Part shown: piece by piece, positions 50,351 to 58,226 of the stretch
How positions within the stretch are numbered: position 1 is the first letter of the stretch
Layout of the letters: each line of letters opens with the position of its first letter
Assembly (NCBI GenBank): GCA_963759805.1
Contig: CAVXAT010000005.1
Coordinates: forward strand, 32,001 to 96,000
Origin: an uncultured bacterium
GTDB taxonomy: Bacteria; Babelota; Babeliae; Babelales; RVW-14
DNA length: 64,000 nucleotides
Direction: 5' to 3'
Notes under the pieces: generated by a model
The model's input: the letters and a program-made list of their open reading frames with translations, nothing else
What the model was told of the DNA's origin: nothing
Databases searched by the model: none
Made by a program: the position numbers and the translations under genes

Positions 50351-51103
50351 ATGAGTCGGCAACTCTTGAGTTCGGCTCTTGAACAAGCAGCTAAAGTTTA
50401 TTCACATAACCAAACGCAAGAATCAGACCAGCTTGGCATTGAGATACTAAACACAAATAATATAGAACAATATGCATATCTCATCAAAATGCTTGATTCA
50501 CTTTGCATGGAAAGGCTCAGGCTTGAAAATTATGCTATAAAGCTAAATTTACAAAACGATAGCCAAGAATGGAACGAGTTGACTAAGCTGCTGCAAATAT
50601 TGTCAGTCAGCTATGTTGCTGCGCCCAATCTCACTAAAAATCTTGAAAACCCCAATGAAATGAGCTTTGAATTTGTTTCGCGCGATCTTGGTGCAGACAT
50701 AACATTTATTTGCGGTAAATGCTACGCCATCAACAATAATATTCAAAATATTCAAGCAAAAATTGACATAAACAAGTTGATTATACTTGTTGAAAAACAG
50801 CAAAGCAGGCTGTTAATTCCTGAAAATCTCCCCCTGCATGTTGTCATTCCAATCGGCAAAGAACAGAGGGCTTTGGCCTTACTGTTGGCAGATAAATTAC
50901 AATCAAACTCATTGAGCACAGATGTGATTTTGGAAGATATATCATTGCCAGATATGATGGCAAAAGCAAATAAGCTCGGTGCAAAATATGTTTTGATTGT
51001 TGGACAAGACGAACAAAGGGACGGCACCGTCACAATCAAAAACATGCAAAAAGGTGATAGCACCACTGTTAAGCAGTCCGAAATAATTTCGTATTTAAAA
51101 TAA
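50351..51103 (+). CDS. Truncated HisRS-like protein with His/Gly/Thr/Pro anticodon-binding domain
   Basis: FEFVSRDLGA..ICG; ANKLGAKYVLIVGQDEQRDGTVTIKNMQKG. Confidence 0.75.
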   Translation: MSRQLLSSALEQAAKVYSHNQTQESDQLGIEILNTNNIEQYAYLIKMLDSLCMERLRLENYAIKLNLQNDSQEWNELTKLLQILSVSYVAAPNLTKNLENPNEMSFEFVSRDLGADITFICGKCYAINNNIQNIQAKIDINKLIILVEKQQSRLLIPENLPLHVVIPIGKEQRALALLLADKLQSNSLSTDVILEDISLPDMMAKANKLGAKYVLIVGQDEQRDGTVTIKNMQKGDSTTVKQSEIISYLK

Positions 51104-51104
51104 T

Positions 51105-51833
51105 CTATTTTTCTTCAACTTGTTTTGCTTGTGCAGGAGCCTGTTTAGATTTGATATACGCTTCAACAATCGTGAGATGCTTCAGCTGCTCATCGAAACC
51201 AAAAGTGTATCTTGAAAAACTGATAGCAATATCACGTTTAACGTTTTTTAGATAGCGCTTAACTCCGTTCATTTGCAGTTCAAGATAGTCTTCTATTTTG
51301 TCAGGAGCCTGAAGCGGAACAACAACTTTATCCATTGGTGGGGCCTCATCTGAAACAAAAACATTATAATAAGCAATTTCACCACTTAATTCATTTATGA
51401 TTCCATCCAACAAATGCGTGTAACTTTGAGCGCTTTTTTCTGATCTTTCAAATTCAGCCTTATCTATGCGAACTTTTTTAGATTCGCTCAAAAATGTGAT
51501 TTTTTCTTTTATAAGTTTTTGTTTGGTAATAATTTCTACTTTTTTATTGAAGATATCTAATCTCATTAATGCCAGCTCTTCAACTACTTTTTTTAATTTT
51601 ATTTTGAAATCTTGGGGAACAGGCTTAATGTAAAGATATTTTTGGGTTTTTGAATCAAGCTCTTCGATTTTCTTTTCAACTCCGCTTTTCCCCGTTTCAG
51701 TCTGGGAAGAATTTTCCAACACACCCTGAGAACTGTCTTGGGCTACCTCTCCCCCCTTCTCATTCGATTTCAAATTATCAAGTTCTAAATTATCAAGATT
51801 AAGCATAAAAACACCATAATTAAATTCTACCAA
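51105..51833 (-). CDS. Hypothetical helical protein
   Basis: 242-aa ORF filling the gap between genes; no motif recognised. Confidence 0.65.
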   Translation of the reverse strand: MVEFNYGVFMLNLDNLELDNLKSNEKGGEVAQDSSQGVLENSSQTETGKSGVEKKIEELDSKTQKYLYIKPVPQDFKIKLKKVVEELALMRLDIFNKKVEIITKQKLIKEKITFLSESKKVRIDKAEFERSEKSAQSYTHLLDGIINELSGEIAYYNVFVSDEAPPMDKVVVPLQAPDKIEDYLELQMNGVKRYLKNVKRDIAISFSRYTFGFDEQLKHLTIVEAYIKSKQAPAQAKQVEEK

Positions 51834-52115
51834 TTAAAACGCTACCATTTTAAATAAAATTGAGACAAAGCAAGTGTACTTTACATATGGGAAAATAGCA
51901 AAATGATTACTATTTTTCCATTATTTAAACCAACCCTGGTATAGCTCGCCAACATTATTTCAAACATTAGATTAAATTCATGGTTAAGTCTCGCTATATT
52001 CTGCTAGAAATAAAGTTGGGAGCATGTGAGGGATTTGTTTGATTTTAAGCCTATAAAATGTAGTATTAAACATTATTGGTTAGCATTGGAGGCCCGTCTT
52101 TAAAGGAACATAACT

Positions 52116-52826
52116 ATGATTTTAAAAAAATTGATTTCAGGTTTAATTGTAGTACTTATTAGTTTAAATTTTGCCATGTATCCGGTAGACGGTGAGTCGG
52201 AGAATTTAAATTTGGTTCATGGTTGTAAGGAAGACAGCAAAGATCAAAATTTGGATGGCAATGAAGGTGGTAAACCAGCCTGTAATGATGAGTGTACAGG
52301 TGCCGATATCGATAAACAGCTTTTGAATTTTATATATACAATCTTTACAGAAGATGAAATAAATGAGATGAATCAATCTGCCAAAGACAAGAGTTATACA
52401 GATTTGAAAAAAAAATGTGGATGCAGAATGTGGTTTAACAAAAATTATGATTGTGCAGAAGTATACTTATGTGATGAACATTTCCGATATTTTGAGCTTT
52501 TGCATGCGCCAGAATCAGATTCAGAGAATTCCAATGGTACAAGTAGCAAACCAACGATCAAAAACGAGGCGCTACAAATCAGTAATGAAGGCAGGGCTAC
52601 ACAAGGTAACACAAGTATTAATAGGGGCATTTGTAACAGTGATTTGTGTAAAGGTGATATAGATTTAGAAAATATAAATATGGAGGATTTTCGTGAATAT
52701 AATTGCACAGATCACGCAGGCAGTAATATGGGAAACAAAACAACTGGAGCTGTAAATAGCCATAAAAACTATGATGCATCAGGTATAGGCTTTACTGATA
52801 TAACCTTGGAAGATATAGATCATTAG
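52116..52826 (+). CDS. Secreted acidic, Cys-containing hypothetical protein
   Basis: AAGGA RBS, signal peptide, D/E/N-rich low complexity. Confidence 0.65.
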   Translation: MILKKLISGLIVVLISLNFAMYPVDGESENLNLVHGCKEDSKDQNLDGNEGGKPACNDECTGADIDKQLLNFIYTIFTEDEINEMNQSAKDKSYTDLKKKCGCRMWFNKNYDCAEVYLCDEHFRYFELLHAPESDSENSNGTSSKPTIKNEALQISNEGRATQGNTSINRGICNSDLCKGDIDLENINMEDFREYNCTDHAGSNMGNKTTGAVNSHKNYDASGIGFTDITLEDIDH

Positions 52827-52831
52827 ACTAA

Positions 52832-55363
52832 TTAAACTGCACCTGTTAATTGTTTATTCAATAGTTCCAATTTTGAACTTAGCATTAAAAGTTTTTGTTT
52901 GAGCATGCCCAGCGAAGTTTTAAGGCGTCTGAGGTTCATTTGTAATCGAAATTGTTGTTCAAGTCTCAGCTCTAATTGGGTTCGATCTTTAAGCTTTTGA
53001 TGTAATTCAAATTGATTTTTTTGTTGTTCAAACTGTATCCATTCGTCCGCTGTTATGACAGGAGTTTGTATCATTGTCTGTTTAATTACAACAGGATTAA
53101 GTTTTTCAATAAAATCCTTAAACGACAATGTTGCTGATGGATTTTGGAGCTTGATGTTTGTTTTTTCACTTTGAAAAATATATCTTACTACAGGTAGCTG
53201 TGCATAGTAATCTGCGAGATTTAGTTCCGCCAAATATGTGAGATTAGCAGATTTCAGGTTGTTTTTATGTAATAATTCGGATTCTTTAAAGCGCCAAAGA
53301 GATTGCGATTTATCGGCAGGCAGAGTGGCCCATTCAAGGTTTAGATCTTTTGTTATATAGGACAAATTCCATGCTTTACCACTAAAATTGAAGGATATAG
53401 TTATATGCGTAAGAAAATTCTCTGATTTCGTTTTTGATTTTACTCTTGAGGTTCTAATAAAGGTATTTTGCAAAATTATTTGCTTCGTCTCTAGCTTTTT
53501 CTTGCCCAAAAATTTTTTAAATTCATCTTGATCATCCAAAATTTGGGAAAAATCATTGAAACCCTCAAGTTCTTTGATGAAAAATGTTTTTTCAGATTTT
53601 CTATTTCGTAAGATTAAGAAACTATCCCGCAAAAAATTAAGTATTCCAGTTTCAGTAGTTGGTTCGCCTGCATTTGGAATATTTATTTTGGCAAAAAGGT
53701 TAAGACTGTCACCTCTTTGCATTGAAATAAATTGTGGATAGACATAAAAATTTTTTTCTACTGGATTGGCGCTATAAACTGTGTTAAAGCATGAAATTGA
53801 GGGAAAGTATTTATAAAGATTAACAAGCCATCTAGATAAATTGTTTTGATACAAAATTTTGGTGTTTAGTTGGGTGTTCGGAATTATATTGATATTGGCA
53901 AAAACAATTTCTGAATATAACAGTAAGGCTAGCCTCTGCTTAATGTCAAGTGTTCCAGCTTCTGCAAAGTACATTTTTTTTAGGCGATCTATTATTACTT
54001 TCTTAGTTTGGGGTGTTTTTCCCATTGTATCCTCTATTTCCACCTCCTCCCCCTCAATAAGTTCAGGTTTTGCTAAAGTCTTTATAATTCTAGCGTCAGT
54101 TATTTTCTCAAAATTAAATGTCTGAAACCAGCCAACTTCCGGAATCAAAATTTGAGAGATACCGTTGGGTCCTTCAGGGAAAATATACCATGAAGGAGGT
54201 AATGATAATTTTTCTAAAACTCCCTCAAGCCCGCTATTTTTCTCTAACCTTTTAATTTCTGATTTTATTACTTTGGGAGGTTCTGTGGTTTTAGATTTGA
54301 TTGTCTTTATTTTATCGCTAAATGACTCAGTGCTATCTTGAAATTTCTCTATAGCCTCAAAATATCCATTAAAATCAAGCCCACTGTACCCCTTGGGGTT
54401 AACGGGAAAGGTTCCATATGATGGTGCATCTGTGATAGAATCAACTATGAAAAGATACTTTATTCTTATTGGTATATAGTTTTTAACTTGTATTAGATCT
54501 AAAATTTTTCCGCCAGAATAGCACGAGAGGAGTCGTACGGATTTAGTGTTAAGCTTATCATTGAAAAAAATTAGCATGTTGGCCATATCCTCAATCGACA
54601 TGCCAGCTACAGTAAACTTTTCCGGTTCAATATAAATTTCCCCCACCTTTTTTCCTGGTGAGTAACTGCCATGTCCATTTATGAATATGTTACATGGCTG
54701 CAATAAACTTAATTTTTCATAATCTTCAAGTGGTTTAAAAATTAAAGATAATTGAGTAGGATCAAATTTTTTATGAATGGTTGTTTCGGGTGCTTTCAAA
54801 TCTTTTATATCAGTATTTGTGTCTTTAGCGTAAGTGATATACTTCATATTTTCATTAGACAGCAATCTTTTGGCCTCAATTGGGATGTCTTTTGCCCAAG
54901 GTATTATTGGAAAGTCTTTATTCCCTTTGCCATTGTATTCGTCGCCAGCAGAAAGATTAATTTTGGTCCATAAAGTTTTATTAAAAATCGGATTGTCGTA
55001 ATCTCTCGAAGCAAAAATAAAAAAATGAGTATTTTTAACCTGATAAATATCCCAGTCATTTAAGTCTATAGTTAGGCTATCAAGAAACGGATCTGGATTT
55101 TCTGTATATTTTCTCAGAATCATATTTTTTAAGACATAATTTGAAACGATAGTAACATGCGAAGTTTTTTTCGAGAGTGTACGTGCAAATTCTCCCGTTA
55201 TGGCACCACGTTTTCCAGAGCCAAACCTTTCGCTATGATCATCAATAAAAAAAGCAATTCTAACTGGTTTAATATTTTCCTCAGCTGTGGGCACCTGAGT
55301 TTTTACAGCAGCAAAAATATTTGAACTTAAGATAAACACCAACAATACTACTATCTTACGCAT
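52832..55363 (-). CDS. Secreted protein with putative clan CD (caspase/CPD-like) protease dyad and C-terminal five-heptad zipper
   Basis: ATG at 55363 after AAGGAG; signal peptide; NIFINGHGS and VRLLSCYSGG; ends LQMNLRRLKTSLGMLKQKLLMLSSKLELLNKQL. Confidence 0.6.
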   Translation of the reverse strand: MRKIVVLLVFILSSNIFAAVKTQVPTAEENIKPVRIAFFIDDHSERFGSGKRGAITGEFARTLSKKTSHVTIVSNYVLKNMILRKYTENPDPFLDSLTIDLNDWDIYQVKNTHFFIFASRDYDNPIFNKTLWTKINLSAGDEYNGKGNKDFPIIPWAKDIPIEAKRLLSNENMKYITYAKDTNTDIKDLKAPETTIHKKFDPTQLSLIFKPLEDYEKLSLLQPCNIFINGHGSYSPGKKVGEIYIEPEKFTVAGMSIEDMANMLIFFNDKLNTKSVRLLSCYSGGKILDLIQVKNYIPIRIKYLFIVDSITDAPSYGTFPVNPKGYSGLDFNGYFEAIEKFQDSTESFSDKIKTIKSKTTEPPKVIKSEIKRLEKNSGLEGVLEKLSLPPSWYIFPEGPNGISQILIPEVGWFQTFNFEKITDARIIKTLAKPELIEGEEVEIEDTMGKTPQTKKVIIDRLKKMYFAEAGTLDIKQRLALLLYSEIVFANINIIPNTQLNTKILYQNNLSRWLVNLYKYFPSISCFNTVYSANPVEKNFYVYPQFISMQRGDSLNLFAKINIPNAGEPTTETGILNFLRDSFLILRNRKSEKTFFIKELEGFNDFSQILDDQDEFKKFLGKKKLETKQIILQNTFIRTSRVKSKTKSENFLTHITISFNFSGKAWNLSYITKDLNLEWATLPADKSQSLWRFKESELLHKNNLKSANLTYLAELNLADYYAQLPVVRYIFQSEKTNIKLQNPSATLSFKDFIEKLNPVVIKQTMIQTPVITADEWIQFEQQKNQFELHQKLKDRTQLELRLEQQFRLQMNLRRLKTSLGMLKQKLLMLSSKLELLNKQLTGAV

Positions 55364-55640
55364 TCCATTCTCCTTTTTAACAAAATAACCCAAAATAAGT
55401 CTTGGGGATTTTAGCATTATGCAGCTGAAGAAATAAAGCTTAAGTTAGAAATTATTTTTTTTAGCGCATGTACAGGTAAAAATAGTTTACTTGAAATGTT
55501 TTTGCAGACTTTTTTTAAGTTTTACCTAAGCTTATTGAGCAGTTACCAACCCTGATTTAAATAACCTTGCTTTATTATTGCGCTTTGGTATTCTCCAAAA
55601 AGATAGCTTTATAAACCAAAATTACGCATATGGGTGAAAG

Positions 55641-56811
55641 ATGGAGAGACCTGTTGTTGTGTTGGTAGGTACAAGGCCGGAAGCACTAAAGCTGCTGCTC
55701 TTGCACAAAAGATTGCAGGCAGAAGGTTTTTCGTCTCTTCTTTGTTCAACAGAACAACACTCAGAGCTCCTAAATCAAGTCTTAAAAATTTTCGATATTC
55801 TGCCTGATATTTCGCTTGGCATAATGAGACCAAACCAAGATCTATTCGACATAACCTCTTCAATCTTAACCAAATTCAAAGAAGTTTTAATTAAGCTCAA
55901 TCCCAAATTACTGATAGTCCAGGGGGATACTACATCCGCCTTTGCCGCGGCATTATCGGCCTTTTATCTAAAAATTCCCATAGCCCATGTTGAAGCCGGG
56001 CTAAGAAGCGGCAACATGTATGCTCCTTATCCTGAGGAGTTAAACCGTACAGTAATCTCAAAAATTGCAGACTACAACTTTGCCCCAACAGCGCGAAGTT
56101 GTGCAAACTTACTAAACGAAGGAGTTGCCAGAGAGAAGATATTTTGCACGGGCAACACAGTCGTTGATTCTCTATTCTGGATAAGAGATAAAATAAGTTC
56201 CGGACAGATAAAAGTAGATAAAAATTTAGTTGAGAAAGTTGCAGAATGCAAAAAATTAAATACAAAAATTGCGCTACTCACAGCCCATCGACGAGAGTCT
56301 TTTGGCGGCGGGCTTTTGCAAATATTTAGATCCATCAAAAAATTTGCACAGGGCCACAAAGACTTATTTATCTTTTACACTTTACATCCAAATCCCAATG
56401 TCATTGCAGAATTTGAAAAATCAGGGTTGGGAGAGCTTGAGAATGTTTTTGTTAGTAATCCACCTGGGATACACGGAACTTGTGTATCTCTTAACAAATT
56501 CATCTTTTGTTATAACAGATTCTGGCGGAATTCAGGAGGAAGCGATGAGCTTGGGAAAGAGAGTAATTGTACTTCGAGATGTCACGGAAAGAGTTGAAGG
56601 GTTATGGGAAGGACTTGGAAAACTTGTGGGAACAGATGACCATTTAATTAATCAAGGATTGCAGACATTTTATTCAACAGATTTTCAAGATAAAACATCG
56701 ACGGTTTTTGGTGATGGGAAAGCGGTCGAACGAATCTGCAATATTTTAAAAGAAAAACTAAATATGACGGAAAAACGAACAGGAAGAGTTGTTATAGGCA
56801 CGAATGGTTGA
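55641..56811 (+). pseudogene. wecB: UDP-GlcNAc 2-epimerase with +1 frameshift near 56460-56466
   Basis: GTRPEALK, VQGDT, HVEAGLRS, PEELNR, TGNTVVD, TAHRRE | ITDSGGIQEEA, TER, FGDGKA. Confidence 0.92.
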
Positions 56812-56821
56812 GGAAGTTTAT

Positions 56822-56891
56822 TAATCCATGGATCCTGAAATAAATTTCAGCCGTCGCACCTGGAGTGCTATGGCCGACAGGCAGGATGACA
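56822..56891. repeat. Composite palindromic repeat, copy 2
   Basis: Same 19-bp 5' end and CAGGATGACA 3' end as 27617-27687, with a different internal hairpin. Confidence 0.8.
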
Positions 56892-56907
56892 TAAGCGGGG
56901 AACACAA

Positions 56908-58215
56908 ATGAGACGCATTTCAGTTGTTGGACTAGGATACATAGGATTGCCAACTGCAATTCTTGCTGCCCAATCTGATTTTGAAGTTTTTGGCTTTGAT
57001 ATCGATCAGGAAAAAGTAAAAAAAATAAACGCTGGGCAAGCTCCAATCGTAGAACCCGGTATGACCGAACACTTATGGAATGTTTTGAGTAAGGGAACAT
57101 TTAAGGCGTTCAAAGATTTGCAGTATGCGGACTGTTTTGTTATCACAGTTCAAACACCAATCAAAGAGAATAAAATTGCAGATCTGAGCCACGTTTTTGC
57201 GGCGGGAGAACTGGTTGCCAAAAGACTCATGCCCGGCAACTTGGTCATACTGGAATCAACCGTTCCGGTTGGAACAACAGAGGCACTAGCAACACAACTT
57301 GAAGAAATATCAGGGTTAAAACTCGGAATAGATTTTTTTGTGTCACACTGCCCTGAACGCGTAATTCCGGGGAAAATACTAAAAGAGTTAATAGATAATG
57401 ATCGCGTAATTGGCGGAATGTGCGACAAGGCTTGCAAATTATCCAAAATATTTTATTCAAAGTTCGTAAAAGGTTTTTTACATATCACTGATGATAAAAC
57501 TGCTGAGTTGGTCAAACTGGTTGAAAATAGCTGCCGCGACGTTCAAATCGCATTTGCAAATCAAGTTGCGGCAATGGCCATGCATGCAGGCGTTAATCCT
57601 TTTCAAGTCATAGAATTTGCCAACAAACATCCACGTGTCAAAATACTGTCTCCGGGAACGGGAGTCGGTGGGCACTGCGTAGCAGTTGATCCATATTTTT
57701 TAATTGAGGGCTTTCCTGATCATACTGCACTTTTGCAAACAGCAAGACAGGTAAACAACGACAAACCTTCCCAGGTCCTTAACCTGATTTTAGAAAAAAT
57801 TGAAGGCCTAAAAACACGCGGGATTGAAAAGCCAAAGGTCTGCGTTTTGGGGATTACATTTAAACCAAATGTAGATGATATACGAGAATCTCCGTCTCTC
57901 AAAATTGCACTTGAATTAAATAGAAAAAAAGATTCTATGGATCTGTGTATATTCGATCCCAATATCCCGGCGGCAACCATGCAAAAATTGGGCTTAAACC
58001 CAAAACTCGATCTATTCGAAATATTAAGCGATTCTGATTTGATCGCAATTTTGGTTAAACATAAAGAATTTGAATTTTTACCAGAGAGTATTTTTGATGG
58101 CAAAGTAATAATAGATCCATGTGGTCTTCTGTATGATATGCATATGAAAAAATCCAAAGATCTTTTAAGTGGGTTAATGCGCGTTAAAGAAACGCTTGGG
58201 CAACTAGGAATTTGA
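56908..58215 (+). CDS. wecC: UDP-N-acetyl-D-mannosamine dehydrogenase
   Basis: GLGYIGLPTA, LESTVPVGTT, CPERVIPG, GVGGHC, FKPNVDDIRESP; follows wecB. Confidence 0.88.
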   Translation: MRRISVVGLGYIGLPTAILAAQSDFEVFGFDIDQEKVKKINAGQAPIVEPGMTEHLWNVLSKGTFKAFKDLQYADCFVITVQTPIKENKIADLSHVFAAGELVAKRLMPGNLVILESTVPVGTTEALATQLEEISGLKLGIDFFVSHCPERVIPGKILKELIDNDRVIGGMCDKACKLSKIFYSKFVKGFLHITDDKTAELVKLVENSCRDVQIAFANQVAAMAMHAGVNPFQVIEFANKHPRVKILSPGTGVGGHCVAVDPYFLIEGFPDHTALLQTARQVNNDKPSQVLNLILEKIEGLKTRGIEKPKVCVLGITFKPNVDDIRESPSLKIALELNRKKDSMDLCIFDPNIPAATMQKLGLNPKLDLFEILSDSDLIAILVKHKEFEFLPESIFDGKVIIDPCGLLYDMHMKKSKDLLSGLMRVKETLGQLGI

Positions 58216-58226
58216 AAAAAAATTAC

